This document shows positions 50,879 through 61,692 of a stretch of 64,000 nt of DNA, piece after piece. The stretch is taken from contig JBGUGD010000039.1 in assembly GCA_041697335.1 (NCBI GenBank), forward strand, positions 1 to 64,000, read 5' to 3'. The notes under the pieces are model-generated. The model was not told the origin of the DNA. It saw only the letters and a program-made list of their open reading frames with translations, and did not search any database. The first letter of the stretch is position 1; each line of letters opens with the position of its first letter. The DNA comes from Vampirovibrionaceae bacterium NZW_1234 (GTDB lineage: Bacteria > Cyanobacteriota > Vampirovibrionia > Vampirovibrionales > JAGQHJ01). Made by a program: the position numbers and the translations under genes.

Positions 50879-52198
50879 ATGCTCAGTTATCCAGACGAGA
50901 CATTACAGGCCGCAGAGGAAGATTCACAAACAACGCTACCCAAAGGCTACCCCAGCCTCCCAACACAGCTGGAAGACACAGGGCTGCCCGATGTGCTTAT
51001 TGAAGATTTGTTGCTCAAAAACTTGCTTGCCAAAGGCACCTTAACCGGGCGAGAAATGGCTGAAACCATTTGTTTGCCCTTTAAAATTGTTCACCCCATT
51101 CTGACCAACCTAAAAAACAAGATGATGCTCACCCACCGGACTACAGCATCCCTGGGGGACTTTTACTATGTCCTCACGGAGCAGGGCAAACAGCAGGCCG
51201 TTTTGTCGAAAGAATACTGTGCCTATAGTGGTGCTGCCCCGGTCGTCTTTAAAGATTATATTGATAGCGTTCATAGCCAAAGCATCCGCCATGAGCTGCC
51301 TCGGGTGGAGGACTTAAAGCGTGCCTTCTCCGATATTGTCACCCCCGAAGGCGTCCTGGAAACTCTGGGCCCAGCCATTAATTCCGGACGGGGGTTATTC
51401 CTGTTCGGCGAACCGGGAAACGGCAAAACGACCTTAGCCGAGCGAATTCGAGATTGCTTTTCAGAGGGCATTTATATCCCTCGGGCGGTTTGGGTGGATG
51501 GTGAAATTGTGCAGCTCTTTGATCCGCAAAGCCACGAGGTTCTCGATGAAGATCAGGGCGAAAAGTTCGACACCCGTTGGGTTAAAATCAAGCGACCTCT
51601 GGTTGTTGTGGGTGGGGAGCTGACCATGGATTCTTTGGAAATCAAGTATGACCCAGTTTACCGGGTTTCAGAGGCCCCACTCCAGATGAAAGCCAATGGG
51701 GGAACCTTCCTCATCGATGATTTTGGCCGCCAACGCATCGATCATCGAGATCTGCTGAATCGGTGGATTGTCCCGCTGGAAAAACGGTATGACTTCCTGA
51801 TTTTACCCAATGGCAAAAAAATACAGGTGCCTTTTGACCAGCTTATTATCTTTTCAACCAACTTAAACCCGAAAGAGCTTGTCGATGATGCATTCTTACG
51901 CCGAATCCCTTACAAAATCGAAGTCCATAGCCCTGATGAGATGCAGTTCCGAAAACTGTTCCAGTTCCAATGCGCTCGCGTGGGCATTGCCTACGATGAC
52001 ACCATGGTCAGCTACCTGATCAACCAGCACTATCAGGGAGTGCGAGGTTTTCGAGCCTGCCATGCCAGGGATATCTTGGATCAGGTTATCAATGCCTCGG
52101 CCTATTTTGGCGTGAAACCTACGTTATCCCAACAACTACTGGACTTGGCCTGCAAAAACTACTTCTCGGCCATGGCATGTAGTTCCGACAACACTTAA
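50879..52198 (+). CDS. AAA+ P-loop ATPase with N-terminal winged helix (uncharacterised family)
   Basis: GEPGNGKT, KANGG.FLIDDFGRQ, FSTNL, AFLRRI. Confidence 0.85.
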   Translation: MLSYPDETLQAAEEDSQTTLPKGYPSLPTQLEDTGLPDVLIEDLLLKNLLAKGTLTGREMAETICLPFKIVHPILTNLKNKMMLTHRTTASLGDFYYVLTEQGKQQAVLSKEYCAYSGAAPVVFKDYIDSVHSQSIRHELPRVEDLKRAFSDIVTPEGVLETLGPAINSGRGLFLFGEPGNGKTTLAERIRDCFSEGIYIPRAVWVDGEIVQLFDPQSHEVLDEDQGEKFDTRWVKIKRPLVVVGGELTMDSLEIKYDPVYRVSEAPLQMKANGGTFLIDDFGRQRIDHRDLLNRWIVPLEKRYDFLILPNGKKIQVPFDQLIIFSTNLNPKELVDDAFLRRIPYKIEVHSPDEMQFRKLFQFQCARVGIAYDDTMVSYLINQHYQGVRGFRACHARDILDQVINASAYFGVKPTLSQQLLDLACKNYFSAMACSSDNT

Positions 52199-52260
52199 GC
52201 CTGCCTACTCTGAAAAAGACATCTGATCTGTTGCCGAGACACGAGGTTAGGTACGAAAGC

Positions 52261-53103
52261 TCACATTCGGATGAAATGGGGCTTAGGCCATAGCTTCATT
52301 GCAATCAGATGGCTGTCTTTCACAGCCTGAAAACTTAATTTCAAGCGAGGCTCGACTTCCAAAACCATCCCAGGCATTAAAGTTTCCTGATGCGTTGGAC
52401 TTTCAAAGAGCACTTGACCGGAAACCACAATAAAACATTGGGCTTCAGCAGTCCAATGAGGCTTTAGAGCTTTTCCCGCAGCAAGATAGATGTGGTACAA
52501 CCCTGCATAATCCTGCTGAAACAAGGGCTCATACACCACAGGCCTGGTGGCAGTCTCCCACAATGCTTTGTCCTGCAGCCGATACTCAGGCGTCTTAGAT
52601 GCTGATAAGAGGACTGAGAGATCCTCCAGGGCCTGGGTGTACACTGTCAGTTCCTGAAGTTTTCGAGCCACCAGGGCTTTTTCCTCAGGCTCCAGAACGG
52701 ATTGGGCCAGGGAAAAGACACCCTGCTCCTCTTCAAGAATATGAGCCTTCAGTCGATCTCGCCACGCAACCCATAAGGGATATAACGTTTCCAATGCAGG
52801 GAAGGGCTCGGAGGAAACCGCCTTTAAAAATGCATCTTGAGTATCCACTAGGCCTTCATGTTCCACATGCATAAGCACCATGGTTCGATACAAACTGAGG
52901 ACCGGGAACAACCCGTGTTCTTCGCAATAAAAATGACGGGCCAGATCCAGGGCCAAGGTCGAGGCTAATGTTTTTACTTGCGTTGGCTCAATGGGGTCAA
53001 CAAGGGCACTATCCATCTGGGTCATTAATCCTTCAGTCACCCGATGGGCCTGGTAGAGCAGGGCACAACACCCCTGCTTTATTTCATCGTCAGACGAGGC
53101 CAT
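52261..53103 (-). CDS. Hemerythrin (HHE) domain-cupin fusion protein
   Basis: HFYCEEHGLFP, EHE, HILEEEQGVF; C-terminal L.PH......IVVSG cupin pattern. Confidence 0.75.
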   Translation of the reverse strand: MASSDDEIKQGCCALLYQAHRVTEGLMTQMDSALVDPIEPTQVKTLASTLALDLARHFYCEEHGLFPVLSLYRTMVLMHVEHEGLVDTQDAFLKAVSSEPFPALETLYPLWVAWRDRLKAHILEEEQGVFSLAQSVLEPEEKALVARKLQELTVYTQALEDLSVLLSASKTPEYRLQDKALWETATRPVVYEPLFQQDYAGLYHIYLAAGKALKPHWTAEAQCFIVVSGQVLFESPTHQETLMPGMVLEVEPRLKLSFQAVKDSHLIAMKLWPKPHFIRM

Positions 53104-53185
53104 GCCAAGGTCCTCCCGATTTTACATATATTCCTTGTTCACACTGGGTATGGTGACTCGATTCAGCAGGTCACCTAGACCGGAA

Positions 53186-53827
53186 CTAGTCTACTTTGAC
53201 GAAAACACGTTGGTTTCGCAATTGCTGAGCCAATGCGTCGGCATTTTCACGATCACTAAAAATACCGAATTGAAGAACGACCTGGCCCCTGTGCTGGCGA
53301 ATATAGGGCTGGCTGGAAAGTTTCCGGTCCTGCAATTGCTTAATGGCTTCTTCCGCTGCCTCCCGGGATGAAAAGCCATCCAAATAGACAAAGTGAAGAC
53401 TTGGAGTTTGTGACGAGGACCCGGCTTCAAGAATTCGAGAACTAGGACCGGATTCGGCCTTTGGGGCATCCGGAAGTGGAACTTCCGGAGAACCATCCTG
53501 AGGGGTTACCTGAGGTTCCAGCGGAACCACTTCAGTAATGGTTTCCTGGGCATTGGGATTGGGGGTCGTCTGGGTGTTATCGGCTGTTTCCTGGGGCTGT
53601 GCTTCTTCTGGAGAACTGACTTTGGCAGGAACTTTTGTGCCTTCACTTTCACTCGTGTCTACCTGAGCACGATTGAAGGCATCAATCGGCGAAGGCGCCG
53701 ATTCCGGATTTTTGACGTTGAAGGAGATATCCATGTCCTTGATAAACACACCGTAAATAATCACCATAATGATGATGGAAAAGGACATGGCCGATAAAAA
53801 CAGAAGAAAAAGCTTTCGTTTACCCAT
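53186..53827 (-). CDS. Membrane-anchored SPOR-domain protein
   Basis: N-terminal TM helix, P/E/T-rich linker, F.SREAA and QFGIFSDRENA SPOR repeats. Confidence 0.85.
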   Translation of the reverse strand: MGKRKLFLLFLSAMSFSIIIMVIIYGVFIKDMDISFNVKNPESAPSPIDAFNRAQVDTSESEGTKVPAKVSSPEEAQPQETADNTQTTPNPNAQETITEVVPLEPQVTPQDGSPEVPLPDAPKAESGPSSRILEAGSSSQTPSLHFVYLDGFSSREAAEEAIKQLQDRKLSSQPYIRQHRGQVVLQFGIFSDRENADALAQQLRNQRVFVKVD

Positions 53828-53834
53828 GTCGACA

Positions 53835-54410
53835 CTACACCACAGCTTTAACCTTGCAACAACAGAGCTTAATGTCTTCCCATTCCTCGGACAGCGTTTT
53901 CATACAGGACAAGGCCAAAGCCTTCACCTGTTGAATTCCCATATCCGAACTCAAGCCGGCCGACTCGACAGGCGTACCCTCCGACTCCACATTAAGCCCG
54001 GCATGAATCAAAATAGAGGTTGGACTGACCGTACAAATAGATACTGAGAGCTTTTTGCTGTCATTAACAAATAAATCGTCTCCAATCCGACGCAGGCTAA
54101 TGTCGGGCCGATCGGCAATCATATCCATAAGTTTGCCTTGAATAATGGCTGAAAAAAGACGCTGCAGAATGACGCCTTCGCGTAAATCCATATCAAAAAT
54201 TTCAATAATAAAGTTCAGCATCCGAGGCGAATAGATCAGGTCATCGTTTAAAACGTCTTCCAAATCCACCATGCGTTTCTTATCAATGTCACACGGCCCT
54301 ACGAAGCCAACCACAGCATCACCCAGGATTCCAAAATTCTTGTAAATCCAGTGATTGGATAACTCTTCACCCGTATAGGGAAACTCTTCATCAATAAAGT
54401 GATACTTCAT
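53835..54410 (-). CDS. DUF366 family protein
   Basis: YTGEEL..HW, GPCD...MVDLED, GDDLF....KLSVSI, H.GLN. Confidence 0.8.
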   Translation of the reverse strand: MKYHFIDEEFPYTGEELSNHWIYKNFGILGDAVVGFVGPCDIDKKRMVDLEDVLNDDLIYSPRMLNFIIEIFDMDLREGVILQRLFSAIIQGKLMDMIADRPDISLRRIGDDLFVNDSKKLSVSICTVSPTSILIHAGLNVESEGTPVESAGLSSDMGIQQVKALALSCMKTLSEEWEDIKLCCCKVKAVV

Positions 54411-54488
54411 AGAACCACACTAAGTGCATTGTTGATGTGCTTACGTACTTTCTTCAGAGTAGCGGATCCGACAGGCCAAGGGCAACTA

Positions 54489-56744
54489 TTAATCATTATT
54501 GAGATTCTCCTGCACCGAATCCAATGTATTTTTCCAGTTTTTGAACTTTTCAGCCTTTTCAGCGGGTGTTTCTTGAATAACGGGTGTTGCAGGACGCCCT
54601 GCATCCTGACCACCGGACTCGGGTTGAGCATCACCAACAGATACCGTAGATGCGGACTTCACAGACGTTTTACCCGATGCCGGCTTGTTGGCATCCTGTC
54701 CTGCCTTAGCTTTCTTGCCTGAATCCGTCTCAGTATCAAAATCCACTTTGTCTTTATCCAGGTTTTCAACACCCAGCTTACGCTTGGCATCGGCCAACCC
54801 ATCGGGATCTACCAAATGTATAATCCCCATTTTGGCCGCATAATCGCTTGAAGCGACAAAGAACTTTTGAGGCGGAATATTATGTGTTTTGTAATAGACA
54901 TCGGCAAAAGCATGCCAGACCTTGGCTGAGTTTGCTCCAAACACCCCGTGCATCGGTTTATTGGCCGGATCTCCCATCCACACCCCAGCAACCAAATCTG
55001 GGGTAAAGCCCATAAACCAAATATCACGCATCTGGTCGGTAGTTCCCGTTTTTCCAGCCACGACACGCTTTTCCAGGCGAGCGTTTTTCCCGGTTCCTTT
55101 TTCGACTACATCAATCAAAATATCCACCAGCGCAGCAACGTCATCTTGCTCAAAAACCCGTTTAGGTGCCGGGGTATCGATTTTAATCAGCTTACCCTGA
55201 CTATCCTCAACTCGCTTAATGGCCGTCGGCTGCACATAAATACCGCCACGAGCAAAGGTAGAATAAGCCGAGGCCAGCTCCAAAAGAGACACCCCGGAAG
55301 ACCCCAACAAGCTGGACGAATTGTTATCAATCGGGGAAATAATCCCGGCCAGTTGGCATGTCTTGATAACTTCATCCAGACCCACCTTCATCCCAACTTG
55401 AACTGTTGTTGTATTCCGAGACAGAGTCAAGGCTTTGCGGATGTCCATCCCCCCCATATACTTGCCGTCCCAGTTATGAGGCGACCAGCCTCCATAGGAT
55501 ACCGGGCGATCCGAAATGGGAGACTTGGTTGTGATTTTTCCCAAACGAAAACCGGTTAGATAGACGAACGGCTTGAAGGTGGACCCAACGGCTCGTCGAG
55601 ACTGCGTGGCAGCATTATATTGGTTCTTTTGAAAATCCACGCCACCAACCATAGCCAAAATTTCACCAGCTCCCACATCAATGGCGACCAAAGCCCCTTG
55701 CTTAATTCCCGATCCGGAAGGAGCGTTAGTCACCCCTTCATAGACGGCTTTTTCTGCCGCATCTTGTGCCTTTTCGTCCATAGTGGTATAGACTCTAAGC
55801 CCACCTCGACGAACCACATCTTCTCCGTAAGTGGCTTCCAGCTCCTGAATAACATAAGTAACAAAGTAAGGGTGCTTGGAAGGCTTAGAATCCCGGCTGT
55901 TTAACACAATTTCTTCTTCAACCGCTTCCTGGCGCTGCTTAGCGGTAATATAGCCGAACTCTTCCATTTTACCAATCACTTCCAACTGGCGGCGACGAGC
56001 AGCTTCTGGATACACATATGGAGAAAGCCCTTCCGGAGCCTTCAACAATCCGGCCAACATGGCTGACTGAGCAATCGTCAGCTGCTTGGCGGGACGTTTA
56101 AAATAACGCCGAGCTGCTTTTTCGACCCCGTAGCTCAGGTTCCCGAAATAAACCTGATTCAGATACATTTCCAGAATCTTGTCTTTGCTATAGTGCTTTT
56201 CAACCCGCAAGGCCAAAATCGCTTCGGCAATCTTACGGGTATAGGACTTCTCCGGGGTCAGGAACAGGTTCTTTACCAGCTGTTGCGTTACTGTACTTCC
56301 CCCTTGCACGTGGCCTTCGGCACTCACATCGGTAACAAAGGCCCGAGCCGTCCCGCGAAGGTCGATCCCGTTGTGTTCATAGAAGCGATTATCTTCTGTC
56401 GCAAGCACCGCACGAATCATATTGGGCGAAATATCCTTCAAGCGAACAACCACCCGATCTTCATCTCCATGAATATTGGCAATCAAAGTTCCACTGCGAT
56501 CAAAGATTTGTGTACTCTCGTTAGGCCGATAGGTTTCCAAAATCCGAATATCCGGGAGCTGGCTAGTGCTCTTGGAGATCAACATCCCCAAAACCACCGA
56601 GATGATTAACAAGAAGAATACAATACCCCACTTCAAGAAAAACCCCAGGGTGAACGTGGCTTTCTCTCGAGGATCTTCCGAGAAATCAACCGGAAGCTCA
56701 TAATAGCTTTGTTGGGGAGGGTTGTCGTGCAAATGATTAACCAT
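54489..56744 (-). CDS. Class A penicillin-binding protein (PBP1A family)
   Basis: EDNRFYEH, GGSTVTQQLVKN, RKIAE, STFK, SRN, KTGT. Confidence 0.95.
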   Translation of the reverse strand: MVNHLHDNPPQQSYYELPVDFSEDPREKATFTLGFFLKWGIVFFLLIISVVLGMLISKSTSQLPDIRILETYRPNESTQIFDRSGTLIANIHGDEDRVVVRLKDISPNMIRAVLATEDNRFYEHNGIDLRGTARAFVTDVSAEGHVQGGSTVTQQLVKNLFLTPEKSYTRKIAEAILALRVEKHYSKDKILEMYLNQVYFGNLSYGVEKAARRYFKRPAKQLTIAQSAMLAGLLKAPEGLSPYVYPEAARRRQLEVIGKMEEFGYITAKQRQEAVEEEIVLNSRDSKPSKHPYFVTYVIQELEATYGEDVVRRGGLRVYTTMDEKAQDAAEKAVYEGVTNAPSGSGIKQGALVAIDVGAGEILAMVGGVDFQKNQYNAATQSRRAVGSTFKPFVYLTGFRLGKITTKSPISDRPVSYGGWSPHNWDGKYMGGMDIRKALTLSRNTTTVQVGMKVGLDEVIKTCQLAGIISPIDNNSSSLLGSSGVSLLELASAYSTFARGGIYVQPTAIKRVEDSQGKLIKIDTPAPKRVFEQDDVAALVDILIDVVEKGTGKNARLEKRVVAGKTGTTDQMRDIWFMGFTPDLVAGVWMGDPANKPMHGVFGANSAKVWHAFADVYYKTHNIPPQKFFVASSDYAAKMGIIHLVDPDGLADAKRKLGVENLDKDKVDFDTETDSGKKAKAGQDANKPASGKTSVKSASTVSVGDAQPESGGQDAGRPATPVIQETPAEKAEKFKNWKNTLDSVQENLNND

Positions 56745-56746
56745 AA

Positions 56747-58849
56747 CTACACCACCAGCTTTGTAAAGTCGGCATATTGGCGATAAGAACGATTCAATGC
56801 GCTGAGCAAGACATAGCGATTGGCTTTGACTGCCGCATCGTCAACATTCACCATCACATTATCAAAGAATGCTTCCACAGCGGGTGCCCAGTGTCGCATG
56901 GGTGCTAAAGCCGCCTCAAAGGAGAGGGCCTCAACCGCGTGTTTTTGGACAGTGTCGAACAATACCCGCTCCGAATCATCCTTAAAGAGTTGTCCATTCA
57001 CCTGACTCAAGGACGCAGTGGGATTATAAGCCTTTCCCAAGATCCGGGAAATCCGATTGGCAGGCTCATAAAGACTCTTAAACAGATCAACATCCTGCTG
57101 CAATTGTTTCAAGGTCCCCAGGCGTTGAACGGTATCAGCCAGGTTGGCAAACGGCGAGATATCGCTCTCTAAAACAGCATCAATGGTGTCATAGGAATAA
57201 TTCTGATCCAAAAGATAGCCTTTGAACCGTTGCAACAGGAACTGAGTAGTACGCTCCAAGGTATCCTGGCGAGACTCTTGTGCCAAAGCTCCCAGATTAT
57301 CGTAGGCTTGGCCAAGAGCTTCATCCAGATTAACAACAATTTTGTTGTCCAGGATAGTCAAAAGAATGCCGAGCGCCATCCGCCGAAGCCCCATAGGGTC
57401 TTTTGAACCGGTTGGATAGCGAGCGTCTTTTTGAGAAAAAACAGCAACCATTGTATCCAGCTTGTCCGCCAGAGACAGAATAATACCCAGCCTGGAGGAG
57501 GCAACAGCATCACCCATAAAACGAGGTTGATAATGTTCAGCAATCGCTATAGCTACATCAGGCTTTTCCCCGCTGAGTTGTGCATAGTGCTTACCCATGA
57601 CACCTTGTAATTCTGTGAGTTCACGCACCATATTGGTGACCAAATCCGCCTTACACAATTCAGCAGCACGCACTGCATCGGTCACTAAGGACGGATTATC
57701 CAGGCCAAGCCCAGGAGCTAAAGCAGCCACAAGGGTTTTTAATCGATTGGTCTTATCCAAGAGTGAGCCTAAGCCTTTTTGAAAGGTCACACCTTGAAGT
57801 TGAGCCACATAGTCACTAAACGGACGCTTACGATCTTCCTGAAAGAAGAAACTGGCATCTTCCAAGCGAGCTCGAAGCACTTTTTCATTCCCATGGCGGA
57901 TCATGTCATCGGCCTGATCGGTCGGGTTATTAGAAATGGTGATGAAGTAGGGCATCAAATTGCCCGAGGCATCCTCGACAGAAAAATATTTCTGGTGGGC
58001 TGCCATCACAGTTGTAATAACCTCTTTGGGCAAAGCCAAAAACTCAGGGGCGAAAGACCCATATACTAAATGCGGGGACTCAACCAGCATCGTAACCGTA
58101 TCCAACAAACCGGGATTCTCTGGAACAACTCCCTTTAAGGACGCGGCCACATTGGCAAGGCCTTCCTGAATCCGCTGACGTCGCACAGCCTGATCCACAA
58201 TCACCAAACCTTTTTCAGCCAGGGTTTGTTGATATTGTTCCACGCTGGGAATTTCAATGGCCTGGGCCTTGGCAAAAAAGCGATGCCCTCTAGTGATTTG
58301 TCCGGATTTTTGAAGACCAATCGTCACAGAAACAGGCGTCTTGTCCAGCATTGAAACCAACCAGCGTATGGGCCGCGAAAATTTGACATCACTGGAATCC
58401 CAGACCATGAAGTGCGAGCCGGAAAGACTCAACACTACATCAGGCAAGATTTCCGGCAAGACTTCGGCAGACGTACGCCCTTGTAACTGACGACGATAGA
58501 CCATATAGGGAGTTCCATCGATAGTTTCTTGAATCAATTGAGAGAAATCCACACCAACCTTTTTGGCGAAACCCAACCCTGCGGGAGTCGGATGGCCGTT
58601 CGCATCCAGCGCTACCGAGACGGGAGGACCTTTCAACACTTCTTCAGAGTCCGCTTGCGAGGACGCGAGGCCATCAATAAACAAAGCTAACCGGCGAGGG
58701 GTCTGGAGCACCCGGATATCACCGTAAGACAACTTGGCTTTTTCCAACGCATCCTGGGTCAGGTGTTTCAGCTCGCCTGCACATGTTTCCAAAAACCCAG
58801 ACGGAAGCTCTTCTGTACCGACTTCCAGCAAATATGTCGATCCGGTCAC
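56747..58849 (-). CDS. glyS: Glycyl-tRNA synthetase beta subunit
   Basis: LLEVGTEELP, TPRRLA, FSRPIRW, HQKYF, GSKDPMGLRR. Confidence 0.95.
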   Translation of the reverse strand: MTGSTYLLEVGTEELPSGFLETCAGELKHLTQDALEKAKLSYGDIRVLQTPRRLALFIDGLASSQADSEEVLKGPPVSVALDANGHPTPAGLGFAKKVGVDFSQLIQETIDGTPYMVYRRQLQGRTSAEVLPEILPDVVLSLSGSHFMVWDSSDVKFSRPIRWLVSMLDKTPVSVTIGLQKSGQITRGHRFFAKAQAIEIPSVEQYQQTLAEKGLVIVDQAVRRQRIQEGLANVAASLKGVVPENPGLLDTVTMLVESPHLVYGSFAPEFLALPKEVITTVMAAHQKYFSVEDASGNLMPYFITISNNPTDQADDMIRHGNEKVLRARLEDASFFFQEDRKRPFSDYVAQLQGVTFQKGLGSLLDKTNRLKTLVAALAPGLGLDNPSLVTDAVRAAELCKADLVTNMVRELTELQGVMGKHYAQLSGEKPDVAIAIAEHYQPRFMGDAVASSRLGIILSLADKLDTMVAVFSQKDARYPTGSKDPMGLRRMALGILLTILDNKIVVNLDEALGQAYDNLGALAQESRQDTLERTTQFLLQRFKGYLLDQNYSYDTIDAVLESDISPFANLADTVQRLGTLKQLQQDVDLFKSLYEPANRISRILGKAYNPTASLSQVNGQLFKDDSERVLFDTVQKHAVEALSFEAALAPMRHWAPAVEAFFDNVMVNVDDAAVKANRYVLLSALNRSYRQYADFTKLVV

Positions 58850-59117
58850 TCTGTGTCAGCCTCTCCAAAACCTGATACTACACCAGTATTGTGAGTCAAA
58901 CCCAGCATTTGGACAAGAGGTTGTTTATCCAAGACAGACAGAACGACAGGATTAGCAACCTCGAGCATGGACTCACACCGGTCATTTTATCGCAGTTGAG
59001 CACCCTGAGGGCCTTCTCTTTATGAATTCTTGATAGCTTAATGACCATCCCTAAGCGCCACGGCCCCGTTTCTTGACAGTCCTTCCCAGGCCCATTAAGA
59101 TGTAATTCGCACCCCAT

Positions 59118-59201
<84 letters not shown>

Positions 59202-59450
59202 AGTTTGACAATCTGCTCGGCTTTACTCTTCAGAGAGTCCTTTGGCTCTTCGATTTAAACGATTGTGCACCAGAGGGCTTGATCCATCTGAATACATTGG
59301 CTCCCAAGTACCCCGACAGTATTCATTAAAAGATTCTGAACTTTGACAACAGGGACCAAGCCTGGCGTTTTTATATAAATGAGTACATTTTGAACATCTT
59401 TTGTTCAGTGGTTAGGTGCGGTTTTGGCAATAGGGTGGAAGTTACGTCTT

Positions 59451-59726
59451 ATGTCTGGAAATATACCGGTATCGAAAAGCAAGCCAGCAATGAATATACC
59501 CCAAGAAAAATCAAGGGAGAATGAGGCACCACGTCGAAAAAGCACCACATTAGAGCGCTTTGCGGCATTTGTTGGCGATGCTGTTGCACAAATTCCTCCT
59601 GGAAACCGAGGATTTAAACCATTTTCCAGAATGCTCGATATGAATGATCGCCTTGTGGATTTAGAGACTAACTTTCAGCGGCTCACCACCAAGTCTTCCA
59701 AGTCAGAAAGCTCTAAGCAGCCCTGA
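59451..59726 (+). CDS. Small hypothetical protein
   Basis: ORF with protein-like C-terminal helix in AT-rich DNA after the tRNA; start uncertain. Confidence 0.4.
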   Translation: MSGNIPVSKSKPAMNIPQEKSRENEAPRRKSTTLERFAAFVGDAVAQIPPGNRGFKPFSRMLDMNDRLVDLETNFQRLTTKSSKSESSKQP

Positions 59727-60098
59727 GACCTATCTCATTTTTTCAACTTCGTAAGGGTTCTATACAAACTAACCCCGATTTTTTGGCATTGATCTGAAAT
59801 ATTGACACTACCAAAGAATAAAGAGACCCGTATTAGCATTTATTACTAACATGGCCTCTCTGAAAACGCTTTATATAAAAGAACAATAGATAACAAGGTC
59901 GGGGAAAGAGCCATTTTACATAAGGTTGTATTTATCTCATTCCTAAAATTCCAGCAGATTAAACCTGATGTAGCCAAATGTTACTCATCCAGCGGGCCCA
60001 GCAAAGGCACAACGTAATCAGCACCCCACACCGAAGCACGAACACCATGGTATAGTGATCTCACTGCTTCTTCTCGTGCTGTGTTATGGGAGGCACCT

Positions 60099-60713
60099 GT
60101 GAGTCTGTTACGCCGAACCCTAGTGGATGCCGTTGTCTTATTGACTGTTATCGCCATTGTCTACCCGCTAGTGATTACCTTTATCATCAAACCGCAGAAC
60201 CCCCTTGAAGCAGCCCCATTTACCATGGGCTATGTGGATCTTAATCGGGTTTTTACCACCTCGGACCATGGCAGCAAACAATATGCGGCGTTGCAGAAGC
60301 TTATCCGGGAGCAATCTGCCGCAGTGCAGGAGCAAAGTCGTAAAACCGAAGCCTTACGAAAAGAAATTAATCAGCTGTTAAGTCAAGGTAACGCCACAGC
60401 GGCCCAACAAAAAATGAGTGCTTATCAACAAAATGAAGTCGCGTTGAATACCCTACAGCAAAAAGCCTCAGCCCTCATTCAGGCGGCTCAATCGGAAGTC
60501 GACCGTAATTTCGTTGGCCAACTCAGGTTGGCCACCGACCAGGTTCGTGAAGAAGAAGGGCTAACTATTATTAATGCCATCGAACCCACCAAAACGTTGT
60601 CCTATGACCCCAAACTGGATATTACCGAGAAAGTCCTACAGAAGTTTAACCAGCTCTATCCGGCCACACCGGCATCTTCCGAAATCAAGCTCAATCAGAA
60701 AGCACCCCAATAA
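60099..60713 (+). CDS. OmpH/Skp-family periplasmic chaperone
   Basis: MGYVDLNRVF, long coiled coil, DITEKVL; GGGAGG SD before GTG. Confidence 0.85.
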   Translation: MSLLRRTLVDAVVLLTVIAIVYPLVITFIIKPQNPLEAAPFTMGYVDLNRVFTTSDHGSKQYAALQKLIREQSAAVQEQSRKTEALRKEINQLLSQGNATAAQQKMSAYQQNEVALNTLQQKASALIQAAQSEVDRNFVGQLRLATDQVREEEGLTIINAIEPTKTLSYDPKLDITEKVLQKFNQLYPATPASSEIKLNQKAPQ

Positions 60714-60714
60714 A

Positions 60715-60746
60715 AACAGCTGCCCCTCTAGCGAAGAGCAGCTGTT
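60715..60746. terminator. Terminator-like hairpin between convergent genes
   Basis: AACAGCTGC...GCAGCTGTT inverted repeat flanked by A/T tracts. Confidence 0.55.
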
Positions 60747-60769
60747 GATTTTGATACGATCCTAGGGAA

Positions 60770-61492
60770 CTAGTTAACCAAGTGCTTACCAGCGTGGGTA
60801 CGGCCTTCCAGGAATGGAGCGGCTAAAGCAGTACCATTGGCGGCAAGAGGCGAAATGCCATTGGCCGGATCGGAAGCAACAGAACCGTTACCCCAGCGGA
60901 AGGACTTTTGGCCTTCTGCTTGGGAACCCACTACAGCGTCAAATGCACCCCACTGGTTAAAGTTACCGACGAAGGCATCTACACCAGCACGGTTGGGCTT
61001 ACTGCTACCGTTATAGTCAATACAGATCACGTTGTTATTTTGTGCGAATTCTCTGGGGAACGGACTGAGGTTCGGCCCGCGTAAACCAGCGATAACAACA
61101 CCATTAGGCAGTTGAACCCAGCCAAGGAAACCTGCGCAGGGGTGAGCCGGGCTCAAACCATTGAAAGGTCCAGCAGGGATGTTCCCGTTAGCAGCCGCAG
61201 CGACATCGTCTGGTGCATTCGCAACGGTGTTCAGGCTACCAATCAGATTGGCATATAAATCGGTGAGTGGGGTTGCGTTTGCCGTTGCACTGGTGTCCAA
61301 AGTGCCTTGGATTTGCTTGTTGTAATAAGCGCTTTCCAGGGTTGCGACCGCTTCACGGACTTTCGCTTGTGCTTCTTGAGATCCAGAGGATTGCAAGACT
61401 TTAGGAATGGTGAAAGCGGCAATAACACCGAGCAAAGCGAGTGCAATCAATAATTCTGCAAGGGTGAAACCCTTTTGTGCTGATGTCCTCAT
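60770..61492 (-). CDS. Type IV pilin-like protein (candidate major pilin)
   Basis: KG|FTLAELLIALALLGVIAAFTIP; IDYNG...PN..G.D.F motif; GGAGG SD. Confidence 0.88.
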   Translation of the reverse strand: MRTSAQKGFTLAELLIALALLGVIAAFTIPKVLQSSGSQEAQAKVREAVATLESAYYNKQIQGTLDTSATANATPLTDLYANLIGSLNTVANAPDDVAAAANGNIPAGPFNGLSPAHPCAGFLGWVQLPNGVVIAGLRGPNLSPFPREFAQNNNVICIDYNGSSKPNRAGVDAFVGNFNQWGAFDAVVGSQAEGQKSFRWGNGSVASDPANGISPLAANGTALAAPFLEGRTHAGKHLVN

Positions 61493-61561
61493 TCGTGAGA
61501 AAACCTCCATATTACCTTGTTCTGTTACGGTGGTCTGAAAAGTAAACTATGATTACGGGGG

Positions 61562-61589
61562 GTATCGGCAGCTTTTGCAAAAAACTTAG
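61562..61589 (-). promoter_or_regulatory. Sigma-28-like promoter
   Basis: Minus strand CTAAG-N15-GCCGATAC upstream of the pilin gene. Confidence 0.65.
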
Positions 61590-61692
61590 AGTAAAATGGG
61601 GTCTATTGTAAAATAAATTTACAGCCCCAAAGACGGTGGCAAAACCCTTATATTTACAACTTTTTACTTATGCCACAAAGGAATAAGGTCCA

